Below, piece by piece: positions 53,862-63,453 of a DNA stretch of 64,000 nt. The stretch is from Bacteroidales bacterium (GTDB lineage: Bacteria > Bacteroidota > Bacteroidia > Bacteroidales > UBA12077). The stretch spans positions 39,738 to 103,737 of the forward strand of contig JBFXEQ010000005.1 in the NCBI GenBank assembly GCA_050179935.1, given 5' to 3'. The translations under genes and the position numbers were made by a program. Below the pieces are notes generated by a model. It saw only the letters and a program-made list of their open reading frames with translations. It was not told the DNA's origin and did no database searches. Every line of letters begins with the position of its first letter. The stretch's first letter is position 1.

Positions 53862-54305
53862 ATGGAGCTTTACACCGACGAATATTTTATGAAAGAGGCT
53901 TTGAAAGAAGCACAAAAGGCATTGGCTAAAGATGAGATTCCGATTGGAGCAGTTATTGTTTCGAAAAATCAAATCATTGCACGGGCTCATAATCTTACTG
54001 AAACATTAAATGATGTAACTGCTCACGCTGAGATGCAAGCAATTACCTCAGCAGCAAATGCTATTGGCGGAAAATATTTAATCGATTGCACGCTGTATGT
54101 AACCGTTGAACCTTGCCTTATGTGTGCAGGAGCTTTGTACTGGTCGCAGATAAGTAAAATTGTTTATGGCGCTTCTGACAATAAAAGAGGTTACTCACTA
54201 TCCAAGAGCAATGTATTGCATCCCAAAACACAAGTAGAAAAAGGAATTATGGAAGACGAATGCAGTAACTTGCTAATTGATTTTTTTAAGAAAAAAAGGC
54301 AGTAA
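53862..54305 (+). CDS. tadA: tRNA adenosine(34) deaminase TadA
   Basis: 'HAEMQAI' and 'PCLMCAGAL' zinc motifs. I prefer the ATG at 53862 over the upstream TTG at 53844. Confidence 0.92.
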   Translation: MELYTDEYFMKEALKEAQKALAKDEIPIGAVIVSKNQIIARAHNLTETLNDVTAHAEMQAITSAANAIGGKYLIDCTLYVTVEPCLMCAGALYWSQISKIVYGASDNKRGYSLSKSNVLHPKTQVEKGIMEDECSNLLIDFFKKKRQ

Positions 54306-54344
54306 AAAGTTTACTGCACTACGAATTTATAATCAAATCGATTT

Positions 54345-56315
54345 TTAGAACGCTTCCTGATTAGGTTCTCGCCACAAAAATTCTTTTACCATTTCGATTT
54401 CATCAACCGATGAGCCCTTTTCGAGAACAATCTTTCTGAGCCTCATCCCAGTGTTTTTATCCATAACACCATTTTGCAAAAATAGAGAGAACATATCTTC
54501 GGAAAAAACCTTTGCCCATAGATAACTGTAATAACCTGCAGCATAACCACTTAAATGACCAAATCCAGCTTCAAAATGGGTTTCTTCCTGAAACTTATAA
54601 AGAGTAATTTCATTTTGCAGTTTTTTAACAATATCAGTAGTTGATTCTGCCCCCTTTGGGTTGTACCCATCGTGGAAATTCATATCGAGGGTTCCATAAA
54701 AAATCTGCTGCAACGTATGTAAGCCTGATCCAACATTTCGTGCTGCAATCATTTTATCAAAAATCTCTTTTGGCAGCACTTCATGGGTTTTATAATGATG
54801 AGCAAAAAGTTGGAGTGCCTGATAATCCCAGGCCCAGTTTTCGAAAATCTGCGAAGGCATTTCGACAAAATCGCGAGCCACATTTGTTCCTGCCTGCGAC
54901 GAAAGCTCTGTTCTGGTTAACAGATCATGCATTAAATGTCCAAATTCATGAAAAAAAGTAACTACATCATCATGAATCAATAATGCAGGTAATTCGTTGG
55001 TTGGTTTTGGAAAATTACAAACCAAACTTGCCATTGGAATTTGATACTCAAATTCTAGCTTCTTTCCTGGAACCATTCCAAACATAGCGGCATGGCCATA
55101 TTTATTTTTACGTGGATGCAAATCAAGGTAAAACTTGGCAATTATTTTATCATTTTCCAGAACATGGTAAGTCCTAACTTCCTCGTGCCATACATTCGCC
55201 GACTTAACCTCATTAAACGTTAACCCATATAAATGCTGGGTAATCTGAAAAAGACCATTCACAACACGATTAAGCTCAAAATATGCTTTAAGTTTTTCGT
55301 TGTCGAGTTCGTATTTTTCTTTCAACAAAATATTATCGTAAAATGCAGCTTCCCACGATTCGATCTCAGTTATAGCAACATCATCTTTATATTTTCTTTT
55401 AACCTCAAGCAACTCATTATAATCGATTTCTGCTTTTCTCCGAACCTTTTCCTTTAACTCATTCTCAAACCTCCAAACAGTCTGTGGATTTTTTGCCATT
55501 CGGTTTACTGTTATATAATGAGCAAAAGTTTTAAAACCAAGCAGATGCGCCATTTTCTCGCGCTCAACAAGTATTTGTTTTAATATTTCGAGATTTTTAT
55601 CGGCTGCTTTGTTTTTATATTTTTTGGCAAGCTCTCTCCTAGCCTCATCCGAAACAGAATATTTCATAAAAGGAATATACGATGGATATTCAAGGGTAAT
55701 TTTGTACAACCCGTCCTCGGTTCGGTGTTCCTTTTTGTAATCATCGGGAAGGCCGACAATCTGATCTTCGGTAACCATAAGAGAATCCTCGTATGTACTA
55801 ATATTCGACTCGAACTGTATTTCGAGCTCAGAAAGCTTATCCTGAATTACTTTTAAAACATCTCTTTTTTCTTTCGGCAATGCAAATCCGTTCCTTTCAA
55901 ACTCTTCGATTGTTTCTTTCAGGTATTTTTTTCGGTGATCGGCTAACTTGTTTACCTCTTCTGTTTTCGAGAATTCTTTTACCGCATTGTAAAGATTTTC
56001 GCTCAGAGCAATCTCATTAAAAAACTTGCCTAGTTCCGTAATACTACTCAAGCACTCATTTCTAATTTCATCAACAGGATGCACATAGGCTAATAACGAA
56101 ATTAATTCGTTTGTTTTTACCAGATGATTTTGCATATTATCAAGAGCAAGCATCGTATTTTCAAAAGTTCTTTTATTTGGTTCAATTTTATAAATTAATT
56201 CCAGATCTGATTTAGCCTTTTCGATGATTGTATTTTTAGCGTCAGTCACATTTTTTTTTGTGATAGATCGAAAATCGATTTCCTGATTGTTTTCTGTAAA
56301 AAAAGGATTCTGCAT
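54345..56315 (-). CDS. M3-family zinc metallopeptidase (oligopeptidase A / peptidyl-dipeptidase Dcp-like)
   Basis: 'FFHEFGHLMH' HExxH motif and a downstream 'E'. I prefer the start at 56315 (MQNPFF...). The longest ORF extends to 56405. Confidence 0.88.
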   Translation of the reverse strand: MQNPFFTENNQEIDFRSITKKNVTDAKNTIIEKAKSDLELIYKIEPNKRTFENTMLALDNMQNHLVKTNELISLLAYVHPVDEIRNECLSSITELGKFFNEIALSENLYNAVKEFSKTEEVNKLADHRKKYLKETIEEFERNGFALPKEKRDVLKVIQDKLSELEIQFESNISTYEDSLMVTEDQIVGLPDDYKKEHRTEDGLYKITLEYPSYIPFMKYSVSDEARRELAKKYKNKAADKNLEILKQILVEREKMAHLLGFKTFAHYITVNRMAKNPQTVWRFENELKEKVRRKAEIDYNELLEVKRKYKDDVAITEIESWEAAFYDNILLKEKYELDNEKLKAYFELNRVVNGLFQITQHLYGLTFNEVKSANVWHEEVRTYHVLENDKIIAKFYLDLHPRKNKYGHAAMFGMVPGKKLEFEYQIPMASLVCNFPKPTNELPALLIHDDVVTFFHEFGHLMHDLLTRTELSSQAGTNVARDFVEMPSQIFENWAWDYQALQLFAHHYKTHEVLPKEIFDKMIAARNVGSGLHTLQQIFYGTLDMNFHDGYNPKGAESTTDIVKKLQNEITLYKFQEETHFEAGFGHLSGYAAGYYSYLWAKVFSEDMFSLFLQNGVMDKNTGMRLRKIVLEKGSSVDEIEMVKEFLWREPNQEAF

Positions 56316-56493
56316 ATGGTTTCTATTTTTCGAAATTTTATTATTGAATAATTGAACAATGCTAACACTTAAAAGTTTATGAATACTCAATAATCTGTAT
56401 AACATTTACTAAATTGGAGCTTCAAATTTACTATTTTAAAATTAGGGAATCTTAAAAAAACTTTTTATCTCTGTAACAATTAAAATTAGGTTA

Positions 56494-57282
56494 GTGAACG
56501 AATTTCTCAAAAAAATTAACTCCGCTCTCGTTTTGCAAAAGATGCAATATACCTCTGATCAGCAAGGGATTATAAAAAGATATCTGCGCGAAAAAGAGGG
56601 CTGGGATATTCATATTTCCAAAACAAAACAAGCTGTTCTTCAATCATCTAACACAAAGGAAAAAGGGAAAGTGCTAATTCTAGGCAGCGGCTGGCTGCTC
56701 GATTGCCCAATTAATGAGCTATCACAAAGCTTTGATGAAGTAATTTTGGCCGATATAATCCATCCAAAACAAATCGTTAAAAAATACAAAAATCTTCGAA
56801 ATGTTACCTTTTTAAAAATTGATTTAACAGGTGGTTTAATCGAATATATTCATAAAAACATTAAACCCGGCAAAAAGTATTTATTAAGCTCGGTATTAAC
56901 CGAAATCAGGTCTTTTTCGTATTTAATACCCGAAGAGATGGATTTTGTAATCTCTCTAAATATTTTAAGTCAGCTAAGTATTATTATTACTGATTATCTA
57001 AAGAAGGTTTCTACTTTTTCCGAAAATGAATTAAAAGAGATTGCAACAGTAATTCAGCAAAATCATATTAATAGCCTACCGAAAAACAAATGTATTTTAA
57101 TCTCTGATTTTGAGGAAGAACTATACGACGAAGATAATAGGCTGCTCGGGGTGAACCCATTGCTTTTTACTGATCTGCCAAAAGGAAACTCAACTGAAAA
57201 ATGGCAATGGAAATTCGATTCGTCCATGACTTATCGTGATGATATTAAAACCTATTTTAACGTAATTGCTATTGATTTTTAA
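56494..57282 (+). CDS. Hypothetical protein with a Rossmann-like motif (possible SAM-dependent methyltransferase)
   Basis: 'KVLILGSGWLLD' followed by 'VILADI'. GTG start. Its stop overlaps the HAD gene start (TAATG). Confidence 0.5.
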   Translation: MNEFLKKINSALVLQKMQYTSDQQGIIKRYLREKEGWDIHISKTKQAVLQSSNTKEKGKVLILGSGWLLDCPINELSQSFDEVILADIIHPKQIVKKYKNLRNVTFLKIDLTGGLIEYIHKNIKPGKKYLLSSVLTEIRSFSYLIPEEMDFVISLNILSQLSIIITDYLKKVSTFSENELKEIATVIQQNHINSLPKNKCILISDFEEELYDEDNRLLGVNPLLFTDLPKGNSTEKWQWKFDSSMTYRDDIKTYFNVIAIDF

Positions 57283-58127
57283 TGATTAAACCAATGGGAA
57301 AAAGCTGGAAAATGGTAATTACAGATCTTGATGGTACTCTTTTTAACGACAACAAAGAAGTGAGCCTTACCGACATGAAAAGTCTATATTGGTTAGGCGA
57401 GAACAACATCTTGCGCGTTATTGCTACCGGTCGTAATTTTTATTCATTTTCAAAAGTTATAAAACCTTCATTCCCTATCGATTACCTAATCTTTTCATCA
57501 GGAGCAGGCATATATAACTGGAAAAACAAATCAATAATTCATTCTGAATATTTACCAGATATTGAAGTAGCCCAAATCTCAAAAATTCTAATTGACCATA
57601 AGGTTGATTTTATGATTCATGAGATTATCCCTGATAATCATAAGTTTATTTATCATCGCTCCGGAAAACCAAACCCAGATTTTGAAAAAAGAATTCAGGT
57701 TTATTTCGATTTTGCTGTAGAAATGGATAAATCAAATACAAAACATTCACATGCATGTCAAATAATAGCTGTTTTTCCAAACGATATAAAGCTATTCGAA
57801 AGTATTAGTAAAAATTTTAATGATATCAAGATTATCCGAACAACATCACCACTTGATGGAGAATCTATCTGGATGGAAATTTTTCCCAAGAATGTATCCA
57901 AAGGACACGCCATTAAATGGTTGTGCAAAAAGCTCAACCTATCAATTGAAAAAACCATAAGCGTAGGCAACGACTATAATGATTTGGATATGCTTGAATT
58001 TACAGACCAAAGCTACATTGTAGCCAATGCACCTGCTGATTTACAAAAAAAATTCCCGGTATGCAGCAGCAACCAGAATCATGCATTTAGCGATGTCGTA
58101 AGCAGGTATTTTGATATTGGGTTTTAA
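57282..58127 (+). CDS. HAD-IIB (Cof-type) phosphatase
   Basis: 'VITDLDGTLF', 'ATGR' and 'GNDYNDLDM' motifs. Confidence 0.85.
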   Translation: MIKPMGKSWKMVITDLDGTLFNDNKEVSLTDMKSLYWLGENNILRVIATGRNFYSFSKVIKPSFPIDYLIFSSGAGIYNWKNKSIIHSEYLPDIEVAQISKILIDHKVDFMIHEIIPDNHKFIYHRSGKPNPDFEKRIQVYFDFAVEMDKSNTKHSHACQIIAVFPNDIKLFESISKNFNDIKIIRTTSPLDGESIWMEIFPKNVSKGHAIKWLCKKLNLSIEKTISVGNDYNDLDMLEFTDQSYIVANAPADLQKKFPVCSSNQNHAFSDVVSRYFDIGF

Positions 58128-58169
58128 GTTAGTCTTTTTGAGTTTTGTCCATAATAAAGAAAACTCCTA

Positions 58170-58260
58170 TTTTTCAGTTTTTTGCCCCTACCCTAAAGGG
58201 TGAAAACTGAAAAATCAAGCTGCTCCCTTTAGGGATTAAGGGCAATACAGATTGATTTTT
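58170..58260. repeat. Twin-hairpin intergenic repeat, copy C
   Basis: 'TTTTCAGTTTTTTGCCCCTACCCTAAAGGGTGAAAACTGAAAAATCAAGCTGCTCCCTTTAGGGATTAAGGGCAATACAGATTGATTTTT' is collinear with copy A. Confidence 0.8.
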
Positions 58261-58281
58261 CTATAATTTTAAATTAATTTC

Positions 58282-58755
58282 CTACTTAAAAAAAGCATCT
58301 TTACCAGGATAATTGTATTTTTCTTTAGCTACCGATTGTGAGAAAATAAAATACTTTACTTCAGCATCGGTGCAAACAACTCCATTAGCATTTATCAATT
58401 CGGAATAAATAGTAGCTAGTTTTCGGCTATGATCCAACAATTTAGCCCTAATGGTTATACTTCCCTTATTTGCTTCAACGGGTTTTCTGAAATTTACATT
58501 TATGTTTGCAGTTACTCCGGCAGTCTCGAGTTTAATATATAACAACCAGCTGGCAATTTCGTCCAGTAAAGTAGTCTGAATACCACCATGCAATATATTT
58601 TCATATCCGGTTAAGTGCATTTTAGGTTCCCAGTTGCAAATAATCCATTCACCTTCTTCGTAAAACTGCATTTGCAGTCCCAGTGAGTTTTTAGGAGAAC
58701 AACCGAAGCAGTTATATCCTTCGAGATGTGTATAAGGATTTTTTATTTTTTTCAT
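58282..58755 (-). CDS. PaaI-family hotdog-fold thioesterase
   Basis: N-terminal 'CFGCSPKN..GL' and the 'HGG....LLDE' hotdog motif. Confidence 0.8.
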   Translation of the reverse strand: MKKIKNPYTHLEGYNCFGCSPKNSLGLQMQFYEEGEWIICNWEPKMHLTGYENILHGGIQTTLLDEIASWLLYIKLETAGVTANINVNFRKPVEANKGSITIRAKLLDHSRKLATIYSELINANGVVCTDAEVKYFIFSQSVAKEKYNYPGKDAFFK

Positions 58756-58770
58756 AAATCAATAACTTGA

Positions 58771-59244
58771 TTAATACTCAAAAGATCGCCCTGTGATTGA
58801 TTCAACTGGAACTTTAATAATCAGGATATTATCCACGGAGGGTTTTGAATATTCGAAATCTTTATCGGAATAATTTTTCATAAAAATATTTAATCCCTTT
58901 AATTTTTCTTCATAATCATCAACAAAAAGAGCATGCCCATTGATAAGCACGCTTCTGTATGCAAATCGCCATGAGCAGGCAACGTGTTCGTGTCGGGCAA
59001 ATAATTTATGATCGGTATCAAATTCGATACAAACCTTGTTGTTATGTTTCAGAATATCAACCTTCTTGCCTTCTTTAGCACAATGCAGCCATACCGTTTG
59101 ATCCTCGTATCCAAAGTTCATAGCTAACACATAAGGCACATCAACATCAACCATTCCTAACCGACAAATTTTGCATTTTTTTATAATTGTTTCGAGTTCA
59201 TCAAGCTCTATAATGTCTTTTATTGCGTTATCTCTCTTTGCCAT
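58771..59244 (-). CDS. Pyridoxamine 5'-phosphate oxidase-family (flavin-binding split-barrel) protein
   Basis: Size and the pattern 'CRLGMVD...PYVLAMNFGY' are typical of the Pyridox_ox_2 family. Confidence 0.7.
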   Translation of the reverse strand: MAKRDNAIKDIIELDELETIIKKCKICRLGMVDVDVPYVLAMNFGYEDQTVWLHCAKEGKKVDILKHNNKVCIEFDTDHKLFARHEHVACSWRFAYRSVLINGHALFVDDYEEKLKGLNIFMKNYSDKDFEYSKPSVDNILIIKVPVESITGRSFEY

Positions 59245-59285
59245 AATCTATTCATTATCTATTTAATATGTTTATATTACTTTTT

Positions 59286-59687
59286 TTACAATTGTTTTTT
59301 AATTCTTTTTTCAAGTTGTTCCTTAAGCCATTTTATAGCTTCATCCTCTTTTGTAAAGAGTCTTGTAGGCACCTTTGGCCTGCTAAAAGTTAAAAATAGG
59401 TTAGCAAAATTACTCGATATTCTTGATTCAACAAGTATTGCTTGACCTGCAACATGAGGTCTAAACTGTGCTGCTGCATATTCTCTGGTTTTTGAGTCAA
59501 CAAAAAAAAGCTTTCGCACATCAATCAGGTTTGCACACAATCGGTCGCCATTCCAGGTATCGCCTACCTTGGTCATTTTTTCGAGAGTATCCATATCGAG
59601 CGTACAATTTTCGAGAGCTATATATTTGTATATCTGATCATCGCCCTGAACAACTTTTAACCGGTTGTTAACTATTGTACTTTGCAT
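59286..59687 (-). CDS. Hypothetical small protein, possibly STAS/SpoIIAA-like, downstream of the TPR histidine kinase
   Basis: ORF with good coding look. I have no firm family assignment. Confidence 0.5.
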   Translation of the reverse strand: MQSTIVNNRLKVVQGDDQIYKYIALENCTLDMDTLEKMTKVGDTWNGDRLCANLIDVRKLFFVDSKTREYAAAQFRPHVAGQAILVESRISSNFANLFLTFSRPKVPTRLFTKEDEAIKWLKEQLEKRIKKQL

Positions 59688-59805
59688 TTTTATATGTGTT
59701 TAGTTTATTGAACTTCTTTTACTAATTTATTGAAAATTTGATCCTCATAAATAGAAAAAACAAATTATTTTCAGATACAGCTAAAAAAAGTGAATATAAA
59801 ATAAA

Positions 59806-61899
59806 TTAATTTGCATGAAAATTTCTGGCAGGTAATGTAAAAGTAATTGTAGTTCCTTTACCTAATTCGCTATCAATAAATATATCTCCTTTATTTATGG
59901 TAACAAATTCCTTACAAAAAAATAGACCAAGCCCCTTACCCATTTCTCCCTTAGTTCCCTTAGATGATCTATTTGCTATTTCGAAGATTCTTTTTTGACT
60001 ATCTTCAGAGAAACCAATACCATCATCCTTTACCCACACATGAGCAACTGCATTCTCGATATTAGAACCAACAGTAATTGACCCATTTTCGGATGTAAAC
60101 TTTATTGCATTATTAATAAGATTACGAAGAATAGCCGAAACCATGTTGCGATCAGCATCAACATAAGCATTTTCACTTATATCGCATAATATTTGAATTT
60201 TCTTAAGTTCTGCAATAGGTTTATACATCTCCATTATCTCATTTGAAATATCAGCCAGATTTATTGTTTCGGGTTTATATGGAAATTTCCCCTGCTGATT
60301 TAATGCCCAGTTTAATAAATTATCAATGAGTGATAATAAATTACTAATTGAAACTTCGAGTGATTTTGATAATTTTAAAATTGAATTATAATCCTGATCT
60401 TCAATCCAAAATGGTATTAATTGAACCAGACTATCAACAGAAACCAACGGACTTCGCAAATCATGTGCAATAATTTGAAATAACCGGTCTTTTGTATTAT
60501 TTGCTTCGAGTAGCTCTTCGTTTTGTTTTACAATCTGGACTCTTTGATTAAGTATATGATTATTCTGTCTTTTCAAAACACTATTTAACCTTTTTCTTCT
60601 TCGATTTTCAAAGGCCATATAGAGCAAAAAAGCGGTGATAAAAAGGACAGTAAGTATTAAAATATTCCTTTGAAGCATTTTTCTTTCTGAATCTTGTTTA
60701 GCCTTGGCAAGTTGGAGGTTTTGTATCTCTTTTTGCTTTTCTAAGAATGATATTTGCTGCAGTTGTTTTTCTGATTCATATTTTTGTTCTAACTCAAGTA
60801 TTTGTTTTTTTCTCTCCAAACTGTATATACTATCTTCTAAAACAACAAATTCTTTTAAATACGAAAAAGCTCTCCTGTAATTACCTTCTTTTTCATAAAC
60901 TAGGTAAAGATTTTTTGATAATAGATGTTGCTTTCTTATATCGCTTATTCGGTTTGCAAGATTATAACTCTCTTCCAGGTATTTTATTCCGATGCTTTTA
61001 TCCCCATTTTTAATAAATGTATTGCCCAATCCTTGTAACGAAAGCACTAGCATTTCATTTTCACAAATTTCCTTTTCAAGCAAAATGGCTTTTTGATAAT
61101 AATTTTTTGCTTCTAAAAAGTTACCTGTTTCTTCATAACTTCTTCCAATATTATGAAGGAGCAAAAGGTAATCATATTTATCATTAGGTTTTATTATATG
61201 TTGTAATGCCTGTTTATAATACTTTGTAGCTGAAGTAAAATCTTCTTTTTGATTGTAAATATTACCAATATTCATGTAAACGATATGAATATCTTTTACA
61301 TGATTTATTTTTTTCCGGATTTCTAAATTTGAAAAATAATATTCAAGTGATTTATCATAATATCCCATATCGTAATATAATACACCTAAATTATTCAGAA
61401 CATCACTCATATGAGTTGAATCATTTATGTTTTGATAAATCCTAAGGCAGTTTAAAAAACAATCGATTGATTTGTTAAATTCGCCATAGCGTTTATATAC
61501 GTTTCCTATTCTATTTAAAACCTTTGCTTTTTCGAAATCGTTTTCTAAACTGTCAAACAAATGATAAGACTCGTTATAATAATACAACGAAGAATCGAAG
61601 TTGGCAAGATATTTATGAACTAATCCCAGCTGATTTAATGCAGAAGCTCGTCCAAATTTATAATTAAGTTTTTGTGATAATTCCAAGGCTTTCCAACCAT
61701 AAATAAGCGAAGTGTCAATTTGATATTTTATGCACCTGTAAGAAAAATCTGTAAACCTTAAAACCTTATTGGTATCATTTGGGGTTTGAGCTAATAAAAC
61801 TCGAATGCTATCAATTTCTGAATTTTGGCAAAATGCTTTCTTTTCTACTTTTATTAGTAGAATAAAAAAACATAATATAAACACAATCAGATATTTCAA
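59806..61899 (-). CDS. TPR-repeat sensor histidine kinase (periplasmic TPR array, one TM, coiled coil, HisKA + HATPase_c)
   Basis: Repeated TPR units ('LN.LG..Y...G.Y.KS..Y'), H-box 'IAHDLRSPL', N-box 'NLINNAIKF', and 'DDGIGF' and 'GKGLGL'. Confidence 0.88.
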   Translation of the reverse strand: MKYLIVFILCFFILLIKVEKKAFCQNSEIDSIRVLLAQTPNDTNKVLRFTDFSYRCIKYQIDTSLIYGWKALELSQKLNYKFGRASALNQLGLVHKYLANFDSSLYYYNESYHLFDSLENDFEKAKVLNRIGNVYKRYGEFNKSIDCFLNCLRIYQNINDSTHMSDVLNNLGVLYYDMGYYDKSLEYYFSNLEIRKKINHVKDIHIVYMNIGNIYNQKEDFTSATKYYKQALQHIIKPNDKYDYLLLLHNIGRSYEETGNFLEAKNYYQKAILLEKEICENEMLVLSLQGLGNTFIKNGDKSIGIKYLEESYNLANRISDIRKQHLLSKNLYLVYEKEGNYRRAFSYLKEFVVLEDSIYSLERKKQILELEQKYESEKQLQQISFLEKQKEIQNLQLAKAKQDSERKMLQRNILILTVLFITAFLLYMAFENRRRKRLNSVLKRQNNHILNQRVQIVKQNEELLEANNTKDRLFQIIAHDLRSPLVSVDSLVQLIPFWIEDQDYNSILKLSKSLEVSISNLLSLIDNLLNWALNQQGKFPYKPETINLADISNEIMEMYKPIAELKKIQILCDISENAYVDADRNMVSAILRNLINNAIKFTSENGSITVGSNIENAVAHVWVKDDGIGFSEDSQKRIFEIANRSSKGTKGEMGKGLGLFFCKEFVTINKGDIFIDSELGKGTTITFTLPARNFHAN

Positions 61900-61911
61900 T
61901 ATTATTAAGTT

Positions 61912-62253
61912 TTATTCAAGTTCTCCATTTCCCAAACCTGTTTTTCCTTCACCATCAGCTTCATCTGTCTTTAATAAATTATCGTAATTTTTAACAACAA
62001 TTTTAATTTTATCAAGTTGCTTAAGATCAGTAGGTTTTAAAGGAATTTCAAATTCTTTAACTTGTTCTTTAACAATTTCAGATAGCGTTTTATTCTCTTT
62101 AAGCTTAATTCTAACTTCCCAATAATCGTTAACATAGCCCTGTTCAATACCTTCAAGTATACAATTTCCTGGTATTTTTACCATTGTGTCTAAACGATAA
62201 TTGCTTGTTCCAGCCTTATAGAACAAATTAAAGTAAGGATAATAAAGTTTCAT
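61912..62253 (-). CDS. Hypothetical protein (113 aa)
   Basis: ATG ORF 12 nt upstream of the kinase gene on the same strand. I recognise no family. Confidence 0.5.
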   Translation of the reverse strand: MKLYYPYFNLFYKAGTSNYRLDTMVKIPGNCILEGIEQGYVNDYWEVRIKLKENKTLSEIVKEQVKEFEIPLKPTDLKQLDKIKIVVKNYDNLLKTDEADGEGKTGLGNGELE

Positions 62254-62357
62254 AATTGATTTTTTTGTTTAACAATAGGTGCCTAAAGTTAACAAAATTT
62301 AAATTCTATAGAAAAAATACAACTAAAAACAATAAGTATTGATTATTAATATGTTAT

Positions 62358-62876
62358 CTAATAGTTATAGGTTTGCTTACGGAACCATTCGAACAAAGCA
62401 ACAGCTAATGCATGCGACACATTCATTGAAGTGTTATGTCCTAATAAGGGAATATGAACAATTTGATCTGACTTGTTTAGAATTTCATCATCAATTCCAA
62501 CTATTTCGTTGCCAACTATTATGGCAACTTTTTCTGGGAGGTTTGATGTAAAAATATTTTCGGAGTCGCTTGAAGTTTCTACTGAAACTATTTTATAACC
62601 CGCAGGGATTTTATTAAGAACTTCAAAAGTTGGGCAAATCTCCCAAGACATGGAATCAAAACTTAAACCGGCTGTTTTTCTTACTTTTGAAATTCGTATG
62701 TTTTCATCATCTGTAGCAATAATTACCTTTTTACAACCGGCATTGTCGGCAAGGCGAATAATATTACCAATATTTTCGGGTGTTTTTATTTGGTAAGCAA
62801 TAACAATAGTTTGATTTTGAGCCAAATCATGGTTTTTATTAAAAAGATTTTTTGAATGGACTGTTCGTTTCTTCAT
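62358..62876 (-). CDS. SpoU/TrmH-family RNA 2'-O-methyltransferase
   Basis: 'NIGNIIRLADNAG', 'IVGNEIVGI' and 'IPLLGHNTSMNVSHALAVALFE'. Confidence 0.85.
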   Translation of the reverse strand: MKKRTVHSKNLFNKNHDLAQNQTIVIAYQIKTPENIGNIIRLADNAGCKKVIIATDDENIRISKVRKTAGLSFDSMSWEICPTFEVLNKIPAGYKIVSVETSSDSENIFTSNLPEKVAIIVGNEIVGIDDEILNKSDQIVHIPLLGHNTSMNVSHALAVALFEWFRKQTYNY

Positions 62877-62880
62877 AAAA

Positions 62881-63420
62881 CTAATTGGTAACTACACAAT
62901 CCATTTTTACATCGAACTCGTTCGTTGGGACATGCTCAACAAGCTGAAAATCAAAACACGCACCTACTTTATAAGCTTTTGTACCTTTTAGCAACTTATC
63001 ATAATAAGCTTTTCCACGTCCCAAACGGTTTTTATTTTTGTCGAATGCCACTCCTGGAACAACTACTAAATCAATCTTATCAACAGAATCGGTGTACAAT
63101 TTTATTGGTTCCGAAATTCCAAATGAACTGCCCGTTGCCATATTTTGTATCCCGGTAAACTCTCTTAGTTCAAGCTCATCGCCTTTAACCGAAGGCAAAA
63201 CAAATCTTTTTTCAGAATACCATTTTAAAATAAAATCATGGGTATTTACTTCGTCGTCCATCGACCAGTAAGCCATGACAACTTGTGATTTAGTAAATTC
63301 AGGAAGCTTTTCCAATGTTTCGAATATCTTAATCGATTTTGCTTTCTTCTCTTCGAATAAATACTTCTTTTTTAACTCTTTTATTTGTTTTCGAAGTTCT
63401 TTTTTATCCTGATCGATCAT
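62881..63420 (-). CDS. 5-formyltetrahydrofolate cyclo-ligase
   Basis: 'VVPGVAFDKNKNRLGRGKAYYDKLL' and 'E.D..MD'. Confidence 0.88.
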   Translation of the reverse strand: MIDQDKKELRKQIKELKKKYLFEEKKAKSIKIFETLEKLPEFTKSQVVMAYWSMDDEVNTHDFILKWYSEKRFVLPSVKGDELELREFTGIQNMATGSSFGISEPIKLYTDSVDKIDLVVVPGVAFDKNKNRLGRGKAYYDKLLKGTKAYKVGACFDFQLVEHVPTNEFDVKMDCVVTN

Positions 63421-63453
63421 AATTCAGTTCTTTATTTTATCATTAACAAATCG

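Noticed and set aside
54345-56405. Longest-ORF start (56405) for the M3 peptidase
   Set aside because: The first 30 codons ('MLYRLLSIHKLLSVSIVQLFNNKISKNRNH') look like AT-rich leader rather than conserved peptidase sequence. I prefer the ATG at 56315 (MQNPFF), but this is uncertain.
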